A stretch of 39,142 bases of DNA from Myxococcota bacterium (GTDB taxonomy: Bacteria > Myxococcota > UBA4151): assembly GCA_036338695.1 (NCBI GenBank), contig JAYZBQ010000013.1:1-39142 (forward strand), in the 5' to 3' direction. A model generated the notes under the pieces. That model had not been told where the DNA came from. It made no database searches and saw nothing but the letters and a program-made list of their open reading frames with translations. A program made the translations under genes and the position numbers. Within the stretch, counting starts at the first letter, position 1; each line of letters starts with the position of its first letter. Positions 7,627 through 16,556 of the stretch are shown here, piece after piece.

Positions 7627-10149
7627 ATGCGCTTTGCAGTTACTCTTTCGGCGCTCACGCTCGCAGCGTGTCCTATGTCCACGCCCGATACGCCGACGGA
7701 TGCGGGCGCAGCGGTCGATGCGGGACCCCTTGCCGACGCCGGCGCGCCGGCGAGCGATGCTGGCGTGGTTGCCTCCGAGCGATGCCCCGAGGCGCTGCCG
7801 TCGCCGCCAGAAGGTCAAGAGTGCTTGGTCGAGGGCGCTGGCGAGGAGCGGCTGCTCGGCGGGACGCTCCTTCTTGAGGACAAGACGCTCACCGACGGCT
7901 GGGTGCTCGTGAACGCATCCGGCGCCATCGCCTGCGTCGGCTGTGACTGCGCAGCGCAGGCGGCGAACGCCGTCACGATCAGCTGCCCGAGCGCGGCGAT
8001 CAGCCCCGGCTTGATCAACACGCACGACCACATCGGGTTCATTAACGGGCGCCCTTGGGTTGCGACCGAGAACCAGGTGGACGCCAATCAACGGTGGCGT
8101 CACCGCCACGACTGGCGGCGGGGCCGTCGCGACCACCCGCGGGTCTCGATCCAAGGAGGCGGTGCGAGCCGCGAGGAGCAACAGCTCGGCGAGATCCGCT
8201 TTGCGCTCGCTGGCGCCACGTCGATTAATGGCTCGGGCGGCGCCGCTGGATTTTTACGCAACGTCGACCGCGGCGACCTCGACGAGGGCTTGAGCGATGA
8301 GCCCGTCGATTATGAGACCTTCCCGCTCGGCGACGCCAACGGTTACCTCGACGACGGCGTCTGCACCTACCCAGGGATGGACGGCAACAGCCTGCGTAAC
8401 GCCCCCAACAAGCGCGCCTTTACCCCGCACGTAGCCGAAGGGATCGACGGCGAAGCCCAGAACGAGTTCGCCTGCATGACGGGCGCCAACATCGACGGCG
8501 CCGTCGATGTGCTCGGCGCCAACTCAGCCCTGATTCATGGCGTCGGACTGTCCACGGACGACATCGACCTGATGGCGCTGCGCGGCATGAAGCTGATCTG
8601 GTCACCTCGCTCCAACATCGCCCTGTACGGCGACACCGCAGATGTTCCGCTCTACAAGCGCCTGGGTGTGCCGGTGGCGCTGGGTACTGACTGGGTCCAG
8701 TCGGGGTCGATGAACATGCTGCGCGAGCTGCACTGCGCAGCGCAGTTCAGCGAACGTCACTGGGGCGGCGCCTTAACCGATAAAGACCTGTGGCAGATGG
8801 CGACGGGCGACGCAGCCCGCTCGCTCGGGCTCGAAGCCTCGCTCGGGCGGCTCGAGCCAGGCCTCCTCGGTGACGTTATGATCATCCGTAACGGCGCGCT
8901 CGGTTACGCAAGCGTCCTAAATGCGAGCAGTCGCGACGTCCTGCTCACGCTGCGCAGCGGCAAGCCGCTGACCGGCGACGCACGCCTCGTCTCGGCGCTC
9001 GCCAACAACTGCGACACACTCGACGTGTGCGGCGACATCAAGATGGTCTGCGCTCGCGACGAGACCGACAAAGACCTGAGCCAACTCAACAGCCAAGGCG
9101 ACATGATGTACCCGCTGTTTAGCTGCGACACGCCGCGCGACGAGCCCACCTGCGAGCCGCTGCGGCGCGAGGCGGACCGCTTTGGTGACTCGAACGCCTA
9201 CACCGGGGTACCATCCGCAGACGATCAAGACGGTGATGGGATCGCCAACGCGCAGGATAACTGCCCGAATCTGTTTAATCCGATCCGCCCGATGCACGGG
9301 GGAGCGCAACCGGACCTCGACGGGGATGGTGTCGGCGATGCGTGCGATGCCTGCCCCTTCGCAGCGGGCGAGCCGCCCTGCCCTGACACGCGCGACCGCG
9401 ACGGCGACGGTGTGGGTGACAACCAAGATAACTGCCCCTTGATCGCCAACGCAGATCAAGCTGACGGCGACGGTGACGGCAAAGGTGACGTCTGCGATGA
9501 CTGCCCGGCTGTAGCCAACCCGGGCAATGTCCAGTGTCCCGCACCGGAGGTCACCATCGCGTCGATCCGCGGCGGCGAGGTCGCTGAGGACTCGAGCGTG
9601 CTGGTTCGTGGCGCCGTGATCACAGCCGTGTCCGAGAGCCGCGGGTTTTGGATCGCTCAAGGGAGCGGCGCCAATCAAGGCATCTACGTGTATCATCGCG
9701 GCGAGAGCCCGGCCGAGTGGCAGCGCGGCGCCGTGGTCGATGTTCAGGGCACGTATGTCGAATACTTCAACCTCAGCGAGCTGACCGACGTGGAGGTCAC
9801 CGTCCTGCCTGGAGGTCCGGTCGACGTCCCCGAAGCTGTGGTCGTCACGGCGGAAGAGATCGCCGACGGCGGTGATCAGGCAGAGCGCCTCGAGGGCGTC
9901 TTGGTGACCGTTGAGGATGTCGCGATCATGAACCCCAACCCGGACGGTCCGAACAACGACTACGGGCAGATCGAGATCTATCAGGGCTTGTGGCTCGACG
10001 ACCTGATCGTGCGCAACCTGACCGACGGCGAGCTTTTTGCCCGCGAGACGGGCGTGCGGTTCCAATCGATCACCGGCATCGCCCACTACAGCTTTGAGCA
10101 CCGAAAACTGCTCCCGAGAGACGCAAGCGATTTGGTCCTCGCGCCCTAA
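7627..10149 (+). CDS. Lipoprotein: metal-dependent amidohydrolase (deaminase-like) domain + thrombospondin type-3 Ca-binding repeats + C-terminal OB-fold-like region
   Basis: Lipobox LAA-C; PGLINTHDH, PHVAEG (HxxE), LIHGVG, WSPRSN, ALGTDW; DxDGDG...DNCP repeats at about 9220-9540; C-terminal VITAV...GFWI...GIYVY...G.VVDVQGTYVEYF..AERLEGVLVTV; GGAGG RBS. Confidence 0.8.
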   Translation: MRFAVTLSALTLAACPMSTPDTPTDAGAAVDAGPLADAGAPASDAGVVASERCPEALPSPPEGQECLVEGAGEERLLGGTLLLEDKTLTDGWVLVNASGAIACVGCDCAAQAANAVTISCPSAAISPGLINTHDHIGFINGRPWVATENQVDANQRWRHRHDWRRGRRDHPRVSIQGGGASREEQQLGEIRFALAGATSINGSGGAAGFLRNVDRGDLDEGLSDEPVDYETFPLGDANGYLDDGVCTYPGMDGNSLRNAPNKRAFTPHVAEGIDGEAQNEFACMTGANIDGAVDVLGANSALIHGVGLSTDDIDLMALRGMKLIWSPRSNIALYGDTADVPLYKRLGVPVALGTDWVQSGSMNMLRELHCAAQFSERHWGGALTDKDLWQMATGDAARSLGLEASLGRLEPGLLGDVMIIRNGALGYASVLNASSRDVLLTLRSGKPLTGDARLVSALANNCDTLDVCGDIKMVCARDETDKDLSQLNSQGDMMYPLFSCDTPRDEPTCEPLRREADRFGDSNAYTGVPSADDQDGDGIANAQDNCPNLFNPIRPMHGGAQPDLDGDGVGDACDACPFAAGEPPCPDTRDRDGDGVGDNQDNCPLIANADQADGDGDGKGDVCDDCPAVANPGNVQCPAPEVTIASIRGGEVAEDSSVLVRGAVITAVSESRGFWIAQGSGANQGIYVYHRGESPAEWQRGAVVDVQGTYVEYFNLSELTDVEVTVLPGGPVDVPEAVVVTAEEIADGGDQAERLEGVLVTVEDVAIMNPNPDGPNNDYGQIEIYQGLWLDDLIVRNLTDGELFARETGVRFQSITGIAHYSFEHRKLLPRDASDLVLAP
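9220..9540 (+). repeat. Thrombospondin type-3-like repeats within the 840-aa lipoprotein
   Basis: DQDGDGIANAQDNCP, DLDGDGVGDACDACP, DRDGDGVGDNQDNCP, DGDGDGKGDVCDDCP. Confidence 0.8.
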
Positions 10150-10206
10150 GCGCCACCTTGCGCTCTTGGACGGAGCGTGCACTAAGGCGGCGAGGAGGGG
10201 GTGATC

Positions 10207-11112
10207 GTGACCAAACTCAAAGCGGCGATCATCGGCCCGGGCAACATCGGGACCGATCTCTTGTACAAAGCGCTCCGCTCGCCTTGGGTGGAGCCGACCT
10301 GGATGGTCGGGATCGACCCCAACTCCGAAGGGCTCAAACGCGCCAACGCCTTGGGTCTTGCGACGACGGCGCAAGGGGTCACCGGTCTGATCGAGGCTGG
10401 CGGTGCGGATGAGATTCAGCTCGCTTTTGACGCCACCTCCGCCAAGGTACACCGAGCTAACTACGAAGCGCTCAAGCCCTACGGCGTGACCTGCATCGAC
10501 CTGACGCCGGCGGCGATCGGCCCCTACTGTATCCCGCCGGTCAATCTCGACGAACAGGTCGACCAGGCGGTCGACAACGTCAACATGGTGACCTGCGGCG
10601 GTCAGGCGACGATCCCGATGGTCGCCGCAGTGCACCGCGTCCACCCGGTTGCATATGGTGAGATCATCGCCACGGTCGCGTCACGATCGATCGGTCCGGG
10701 CACGCGCAACAACATCGACGAGTTTACACGCACGACCGCCGCCGGGATCGAGCGCGTCGGCGGCGCCAAGGTCGGTAAGGCGATCATCGTCATCAACCCA
10801 GCCGAACCCCCGATCATGATGCGAGACACCATCCACTGCGTGATCGAAGAAGCGCCTGATGAAGACGCTGTTCGGCGATCGATCGACGAGATGGTGCGCT
10901 CCGTCCAAACCTATGTGCCGGGCTATGTGCTCAAAAATGGACCGGTGTTCGATCAACTTCCAGACGGTCGCTACCGTGTCTCCACGTTTATGGAGGTCAC
11001 CGGACTCGGTGATTTCTTGCCGCGCTACGCCGGCAACCTCGACATCATGACCGCAGCGGCTCTTCGAACCGGTGAGCTGATCGCGAGCCGCCGCGCGGAG
11101 GGCGCACGATGA
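10207..11112 (+). CDS. hsaG: Acylating aldehyde dehydrogenase (HsaG/TesF/DmpF/MhpF type)
   Basis: [58 protein letters not shown] 10207 lies 8 nt after AGGAGG (alternative start 10201). Confidence 0.92.
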   Translation: MTKLKAAIIGPGNIGTDLLYKALRSPWVEPTWMVGIDPNSEGLKRANALGLATTAQGVTGLIEAGGADEIQLAFDATSAKVHRANYEALKPYGVTCIDLTPAAIGPYCIPPVNLDEQVDQAVDNVNMVTCGGQATIPMVAAVHRVHPVAYGEIIATVASRSIGPGTRNNIDEFTRTTAAGIERVGGAKVGKAIIVINPAEPPIMMRDTIHCVIEEAPDEDAVRRSIDEMVRSVQTYVPGYVLKNGPVFDQLPDGRYRVSTFMEVTGLGDFLPRYAGNLDIMTAAALRTGELIASRRAEGAR

Positions 11113-12146
11113 GCATTCAAGGCCGACGCGTCACGCTGCACGACATGTGTCTGCGCGACGGTATGCATGCCAAGCAGCATCAGATCTCAGTCGACGAAAT
11201 GGTCGCCATCGCCGAAGCCCTTGATCAGGCGGGCGTCCCGCTGATCGAGGTGACGCACGGAGACGGCCTTGGCGGCGCATCGATCAATTATGGCTTCGCC
11301 GCCCACAGCGACGAAGAGTACCTGCGCGCAGTCGTCCCGCGCCTCAAACGAGCCAAGGTGTCTGCGCTGACGCTACCCGGCATCGGCACGGTCGACCACC
11401 TGAAGATGGCGGTCGACTGCGGCGTCTCGTGCCTGCGCGTCGCAACCCACTGCACCGAAGCCGACGTCTCCGGTCAGCACCTCGGTATGAGCCGAGCGCT
11501 CGGCGTCGACACGGTCGGATTTCTCATGATGGCGCATATGATCGAACCTGAGGATTTGGTCGTCCAAGCGAAGATTATGGAGGGTGAAGGCGCCACCACC
11601 ATCTACTGCACCGACTCCGCAGGGTACATGCTCCCTCAGGACGTCACCGATCGCATCGCCGCCCTAAGAGCAGGTCTTCGCCCAGAGACCGAGATCGGAT
11701 TCCACGGGCACCACAACATGGCGATGGGCGTCGCCAACTCCATCGCAGCGATCGAGGCGGGCGCCGTTCGCATCGACGCCAGCGCAGCGGGTATGGGAGC
11801 AGGCGCCGGGAACACGCCGCTCGAGGTCTTGGTCGCCGTCCTCGAGCGTATGGGCGCAGATCATGGCTGCGATCTCTATGGTGTGATGGACGCCGCCGAG
11901 GACCTCGTCGTGCCCCTGATGCGCCGAGCGCCAACTCATTCGGTGCGCGTGGACCGCAACGCGCTGGTCTTGGGTTATGCCGGCGTCTACTCAAGCTTTC
12001 TGCTCTTCGCCGATCGAGCTGCGCAGCGGTATGGGCTGGCGGCGCGCGATATCCTCGTTGAGCTCGGTAAAAGAAAAACCGTGGGAGGTCAGGAGGATAT
12101 GATCGAAGATGTGGCACTCGACCTAAAAAAGAGGCGGGATCGTTAG
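11109..12146 (+). CDS. hsaF: 4-hydroxy-2-oxovalerate/hexanoate aldolase (HsaF/TesG/DmpG type)
   Basis: [56 protein letters not shown]; coupled to hsaG by ATGA overlap. Confidence 0.93.
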   Translation: MSIQGRRVTLHDMCLRDGMHAKQHQISVDEMVAIAEALDQAGVPLIEVTHGDGLGGASINYGFAAHSDEEYLRAVVPRLKRAKVSALTLPGIGTVDHLKMAVDCGVSCLRVATHCTEADVSGQHLGMSRALGVDTVGFLMMAHMIEPEDLVVQAKIMEGEGATTIYCTDSAGYMLPQDVTDRIAALRAGLRPETEIGFHGHHNMAMGVANSIAAIEAGAVRIDASAAGMGAGAGNTPLEVLVAVLERMGADHGCDLYGVMDAAEDLVVPLMRRAPTHSVRVDRNALVLGYAGVYSSFLLFADRAAQRYGLAARDILVELGKRKTVGGQEDMIEDVALDLKKRRDR

Positions 12147-12191
12147 GGAGGCGAAACGTTTGAGCTTATAGGTCGGCTTCGCCACCTTAAC
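12142..12191 (+). terminator. Imperfect inverted repeat / possible hairpin after hsaF
   Basis: GTTAGGGAGGCGAA (12142-12155) versus TTCGCCACCTTAAC (12178-12191): one mismatch and one G-U pair; no clear U-tract. Confidence 0.3.
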
Positions 12192-12206
12192 ACCTTAGGC
12201 TCTCTC

Positions 12207-13424
12207 ATGCCTCAGCCTCACTCGCCGCCGTCCAACCAGTTGATTCACGGGGACAACCTCAAGGTGCTCAAAGCCTTGCAGACGTCTCATCTCGAACAAG
12301 TCCAATGCCTTATCCTCGACCCGCCGAAGTCGAGCGTCAACAAGCGCTCATCGCTCGCCGAGTTTGAAGCAGCTCTCGACGGGTGCCTCTCGCTCGCCCT
12401 GCCGCTGCTCAGGGCGTCGGGCGTCGCCTTCTTGCACTGCGATGATCGCCACTTGATTGTGGCGCGCCAATGTGCGGAGCGCCACTTCGGGGCCGACAAC
12501 TTGCTCAACACCGTGATCTTGAAGACCTCAGAGCCCTCCGGGCTGCGCTCGGCCAACGCCTCGCTCTTCTCGCAGACCGAGTACCTGCTGGTGTTCGCTC
12601 GAAACCGCAGGGAGTTCACATACTACCCACAGTACACCAAAGCAGCCTACGATCCATGCTATCGAAGCGTCGTGGTCAACAGCGAGGAGCCGATGGAGAC
12701 CTGGCGGGTCGAGAGCTTCCCTCGGTTCATGGCAAAGTCCATGGGCTACCGCTCGGTGCGTGCGGCGCGCGCGGACCTTGGCGTTTTGTTCGAAAAGCGA
12801 CTCGGTGATTACGCGCTGGCGCACCCCGACGCGGTGTTTCAGAGCACCCGGGTCAACACCCGCGCAGGAGACGAGATCAAACGGCTTGCGCGGCAGAGCG
12901 CACGCCGCCCCAAAGGGGTCTTCAAGCTCGAGCGCGACGGCGCGCCCGACGTCTACCTGCGCGGCGGTCGGCAGATGACTTTTTACCGCACACGCGTGCG
13001 GCGACTCGATGGAGCCGACCAGCCGAGCAAAATGCTCACCAACCTGTGGACAGATGTCTCGTTTCACGGCGTCGGTTACGAGGGGCAGACACCCTTCGCT
13101 GACGGCAAGAAACCCGAACGGTTGGTGCAGCGTATCCTCGCGATGTGCACCCGCCCTGGTGACCTCGTCCTGGACCCCTTCGGCGGCTCGGGCACCACCG
13201 CGGCGGTCGCCGAGAAGCTCGGACGCCGCTGGACGCTGATCGAGCGAGAACGAAAACACGTCAACAAGCTCATCGTGCCCAGGCTGAGCGCCGTGGTATC
13301 CGGAGCCGATCAAACGGGCTTGAACAAGGTCATGGAGACCCACACCGGAGGGCGCTTTGACGTGTGCAAGGTGACCCGAAAGCAGCTCGTATGTGTCGAC
13401 ACGGTCGTTGGGGGCGCGTCCTGA
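12207..13424 (+). CDS. Type III Mod-like (beta-class) DNA methyltransferase homolog with atypical catalytic motif DPPK; no res gene adjacent
   Basis: [22 protein letters not shown] (normally YIDPPY), [52 protein letters not shown], and a Mod-like tail ([12 protein letters not shown]...GGRF). Confidence 0.82.
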   Translation: MPQPHSPPSNQLIHGDNLKVLKALQTSHLEQVQCLILDPPKSSVNKRSSLAEFEAALDGCLSLALPLLRASGVAFLHCDDRHLIVARQCAERHFGADNLLNTVILKTSEPSGLRSANASLFSQTEYLLVFARNRREFTYYPQYTKAAYDPCYRSVVVNSEEPMETWRVESFPRFMAKSMGYRSVRAARADLGVLFEKRLGDYALAHPDAVFQSTRVNTRAGDEIKRLARQSARRPKGVFKLERDGAPDVYLRGGRQMTFYRTRVRRLDGADQPSKMLTNLWTDVSFHGVGYEGQTPFADGKKPERLVQRILAMCTRPGDLVLDPFGGSGTTAAVAEKLGRRWTLIERERKHVNKLIVPRLSAVVSGADQTGLNKVMETHTGGRFDVCKVTRKQLVCVDTVVGGAS

Positions 13425-13616
13425 TCACTCAGCGAGCGTAAGCGCGCCGCGCGGGCACAGCCGGATCGCCTCCATCAGCTCCGCTCGGCGCGCCGGCGTA
13501 ACGTGCTCGTGATGGACGACGAGGACGTCGAGATCCGTGACCTCAAACACCTCCGGGCAGGCGTCCATGCACAACCCGTTCGCCTCACAGAGGTCGAGAT
13601 CCACAGAAACCTTCAT
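13425..13616 (-). CDS. Small single-cluster ferredoxin (probably 3Fe-4S; FdxD-like)
   Basis: MKVSVDLDLCEANGLCMDACPEVF...CPRGAL: CxxNxxC...CP pattern; last gene of the side-chain operon. Confidence 0.88.
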   Translation of the reverse strand: MKVSVDLDLCEANGLCMDACPEVFEVTDLDVLVVHHEHVTPARRAELMEAIRLCPRGALTLAE

Positions 13617-14689
13617 GACACCTCCTGCGCGATCAGATCCCCGAGGCGCTCGAGCTGTGCCGCGGCGCCGCCCTCGAGGTATTCGATCGCTTTGACCCCT
13701 AAGAAGTAGCGATGCAGCGGATAATCTCGGTCAAAGCCCATCCCCCCGTGAAGGTGTTGAGCCGCCGAGACCACCTGGTGCGCACCCTGAGCGCAGACAT
13801 AGCGAGCCGAGCGGACCGCCTGAGCCGAGCCTCGACCCTGATCTTCGAGCCAGGCGGCTCGCCACAGGGTCACGCGCATGGTCTCAAGCGCAATAAAAGC
13901 ATCCGCAACGCGCTGACTCACCGCCTGAAACGAACCGATCGGGACCCCGAACTGCTCTCGCTCCTTGAGGTAGTCAGCGGTCATCTCGAGCGCGGCCTCG
14001 GCGAACCCAAGCAGCTCCGCACACAAGGCGAGATGAAAACGGCGCTCAAAGCCACTGAGTACCTCCTGGTCGCTCGTGAGCAACTGCGCCGAGGTGCGCT
14101 CAAAGCGAAGCGACCACAAGGGGGCGTCGTGGGTTCCACGCTGGGGTTGCGCAGCGCATCCGCCGGCGAGAAAGAGCGCCGGTCCTTCGGGCGTTTGCGC
14201 GAGCACGATCAGCCCCTGCGCGTCGTCCACATACGAAGCCGCTGTTTTTTCGCCGGACAGAAGCCACACCGAGTCCGCTCGCTCGGCTCGAGTACGAGGC
14301 GCGCTCAAGCCCGAGCCGCTCGGCTCATGAAGCGCGAGCGCAACGACGGTCTCGCCCTGAACGATCGAGCGCAAAAGGTCGTCACCTTGCTCAAAATCAC
14401 CCAGCTTCTCGAGCAGCGGTAGCGCCATCGCGATGGTGTCGCGCAGCGGCGTAGGCGCTGCGTGGCGAGCCGCTTGCCGCAGCACCAGCAGGCTCTCGAG
14501 CAGCCCAAGCCCCATCCCTCCGCGCTCGGTCGACAGCTCAACACGCAACAACTCGGTGCGCGCCAACTCAGCGTACAGCCGGCGCGCAAAATACGCGCCG
14601 CTCAAATCGGATGCGTCAAGGTGAGCGCTCAGCACCTCTTCGGCGAGCTCACGAATGGCGCGCTGTTCCTCAGACCAGGTAAAATCCAT
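13613..14689 (-). CDS. Acyl-CoA dehydrogenase, FadE27/FadE28 (ChsE5/ChsE1)-like partner subunit
   Basis: MDFTWSEEQ, REQFGVPIGSFQAVSQR, QHLHGGMGFDRDYPLHRYF; paired with the upstream long ACAD. Confidence 0.85.
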   Translation of the reverse strand: MDFTWSEEQRAIRELAEEVLSAHLDASDLSGAYFARRLYAELARTELLRVELSTERGGMGLGLLESLLVLRQAARHAAPTPLRDTIAMALPLLEKLGDFEQGDDLLRSIVQGETVVALALHEPSGSGLSAPRTRAERADSVWLLSGEKTAASYVDDAQGLIVLAQTPEGPALFLAGGCAAQPQRGTHDAPLWSLRFERTSAQLLTSDQEVLSGFERRFHLALCAELLGFAEAALEMTADYLKEREQFGVPIGSFQAVSQRVADAFIALETMRVTLWRAAWLEDQGRGSAQAVRSARYVCAQGAHQVVSAAQHLHGGMGFDRDYPLHRYFLGVKAIEYLEGGAAAQLERLGDLIAQEVS

Positions 14690-14691
14690 CG

Positions 14692-15864
14692 CTATCGCCT
14701 CCTCGGCAAGCCGAGGCCCGCCATTGCGATCATATCTCGCTGGACCTCGTTGCAGCCGCCGCCAAAGGTGAGCACGAGGCTCATACGATAAAACCGCTCC
14801 AGCCGACCGGACAAAGCGGCTCCAGCCGATCCGGTCTTGAGCATCCCGGCGGCGCCCAGAATTTCGGCGAGCCAGCGTGCGCCCTCGACATAGAACTCAG
14901 AGCCATAGACCTTAATGGCTGACGCCTCAGCCATCCCGAGGGTCTCGTTGGCGATCGCCCAAGCCTGCTTACCGTTGAGTAAGGTCAAACAGTCGAGCCC
15001 AACGCGAACCTGCGCTAAATTACGACGCACCCAAGGGCGATCGAGCAGCCGGGTCCCGGCGCCGTCCACCGCAGCGGCTGCAAAGGCGCGCGTCTCCTCC
15101 CAGAGCCGCTCGAGCGGACCCACTGCGCACAATGCCACGCGCTCGTGGTTGAGCTGGCTGGTGATGAGACGCCAGCCCCCGCCCTCTGTGCCCACCAGAT
15201 TCTCCAGAGGCACCTGAACGTTCTCGAAGTAGACCGCCGAGATGTTGTTGTCGCCTAACCCCCGGATGGGCGTCATCGAGACGCCGGGGCTGTCCGCGTC
15301 CACGATCAACATGGACAGCCCTTTGTGCTTTGGCGCATCCGGATCCGTGCGCACCGCCAGCCAGAAATGGTCTGCGTGATCGGCGAGCGAGCAAAAGATC
15401 TTTTGACCGTTGACGAGGTAGTGATCTCCCTGCCGCTTGGCGCTCGTGGTGAGGCTTGCAAGGTCCGTCCCTGCGCCAGGCTCGGTGTAGCCGATCGAGA
15501 AGTGGCACGTACCCGCCAAAATCCGAGGAGGATAAAGGCGCTTCTGCGCTTCGGTGCCATACTCAAGCAGGGTCGGCCCCACGGTATTGAGCGTCAAAAT
15601 AGGGACCGGAAAACCGCTGCGCTGCACCTCATCAAAGAAGATAAACTGCTCGATCGGACCGGCGCCTTGCCCCCCATAGGCTTGCGGCCAACCGATCCCT
15701 AACCAACCGTCGGCTCCGAGGCGCTCCATCGCCGCTCGATACAAGGGACCGCCTCCCTCACGCACCAGCAGCTCGGCTTCGAGCTCGTCGGTCATGAGCT
15801 CGTCTAGGTAACGCCTGAGCCGCTCGCGAAGCGCCACCTGCTCGTCCGTAAAATCGAGGTACAT
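14692..15864 (-). CDS. Steroid side-chain acyl-CoA dehydrogenase, FadE26/FadE29 (ChsE4/ChsE2)-like
   Basis: GWLGIGWP..YGGQG.GPIEQFIF, HFSIGYTEPGAGTDLASL, GWRLITSQLNHERVAL, TFGGGCNEVQR. Confidence 0.87.
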   Translation of the reverse strand: MYLDFTDEQVALRERLRRYLDELMTDELEAELLVREGGGPLYRAAMERLGADGWLGIGWPQAYGGQGAGPIEQFIFFDEVQRSGFPVPILTLNTVGPTLLEYGTEAQKRLYPPRILAGTCHFSIGYTEPGAGTDLASLTTSAKRQGDHYLVNGQKIFCSLADHADHFWLAVRTDPDAPKHKGLSMLIVDADSPGVSMTPIRGLGDNNISAVYFENVQVPLENLVGTEGGGWRLITSQLNHERVALCAVGPLERLWEETRAFAAAAVDGAGTRLLDRPWVRRNLAQVRVGLDCLTLLNGKQAWAIANETLGMAEASAIKVYGSEFYVEGARWLAEILGAAGMLKTGSAGAALSGRLERFYRMSLVLTFGGGCNEVQRDMIAMAGLGLPRRR

Positions 15865-15872
15865 GTTCCCCC

Positions 15873-16556
15873 TTACGACGACGGCGTCGTCGAGAGCGTG
15901 TCAGCAAATTGTGCGGGATCCAGGCGCACAAAGCGCGCTTGGGCGCTCGCCGTCTCGGCGCCGTCCAGAGCGCAGCTCGCCTTGAGGTCGACCGTGCGCC
16001 CCTGCTCGCGCTCGATCCAGGCGCGCAGCCGGAGCTGGCGATGAGCAGGCGTCGGGCGGTGATAACGCACCGTCAGCTCGGCGGTCACGCAGGGTGTTCC
16101 ACCCAGGATCAAGACAAAGCCCAACAGCTGATCAAAGACCGCCGCCAGCGCCCCACCGTGCACCCAGCCCGGGGCGCCGACGTAGCCGTTCTCAAAGCAG
16201 ACCGTCGCCGAGACCTCACCGTCCCCCTCCTCGAGCTCAGCCAGTGGACTGATCGGGTTGGAGCGACCGGTAATCCATGCGCGATCGGCGTACACCTCGG
16301 GTCGCTGAACGTAGTCCCCGTTTTGAAACTGCTCAAGGAAGGTCGGCGCCGGAAAAGGCTCGATCGTGCGGAGCGCCTGCTCGATCCGCTGAGCCGCCTC
16401 GAGCAGCTCAGCCTCCGGCGCCGCCGTGCAGATCACCAAATGATTCAGCCGGCGCAGCGCACGGGCGAGCCGGCGCTTGGCCGCCCAAGCCGGATCGCCG
16501 GGTGTCTCGATGATGTCCCACGAGCGACGTATGAAGGCTTTGATCTGCTCGTCCAT
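15873..16556 (-). CDS. PaaI-family (hotdog-fold) thioesterase
   Basis: GRSNPISP...YVGAPGWVHGGALAAVFDQLLG...TAELTVRYHRPTP. Confidence 0.85.
   Translation of the reverse strand: MDEQIKAFIRRSWDIIETPGDPAWAAKRRLARALRRLNHLVICTAAPEAELLEAAQRIEQALRTIEPFPAPTFLEQFQNGDYVQRPEVYADRAWITGRSNPISPLAELEEGDGEVSATVCFENGYVGAPGWVHGGALAAVFDQLLGFVLILGGTPCVTAELTVRYHRPTPAHRQLRLRAWIEREQGRTVDLKASCALDGAETASAQARFVRLDPAQFADTLSTTPSS

Noticed and set aside
8917..10644. 575-aa minus-strand ORF and other long antisense ORFs (e.g. 589-1701, 18228-19244, 12528-13343)
   Set aside because: They fully overlap well-supported genes on the other strand, have no motifs, and are expected in high-GC DNA.
3845..12146. Interpretation as a biphenyl/phenol meta-cleavage operon
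   Set aside because: No ring-hydroxylating dioxygenase or multicomponent phenol hydroxylase; the HsaA-type monooxygenase, kstD, ltp3/4, ipdF and KstR boxes favour steroids.
12153..12161. GAAACGTTT as a fourth KstR box
   Set aside because: AAC and GTT are adjacent with no 2-nt spacer, and the flanking T/A positions do not fit.
12142..12191. GTTAGGG...CCTTAAC inverted repeat as an integron attC site before the methyltransferase
   Set aside because: Core sites are in the wrong order (attC runs RYYYAAC...GTTRRRY), it is a single copy, and no integrase is present.
12207..13424. Phase-variable mod (phasevarion) or complete type III R-M system
   Set aside because: No simple-sequence repeat tract seen in or before the ORF, and no res gene in the window.
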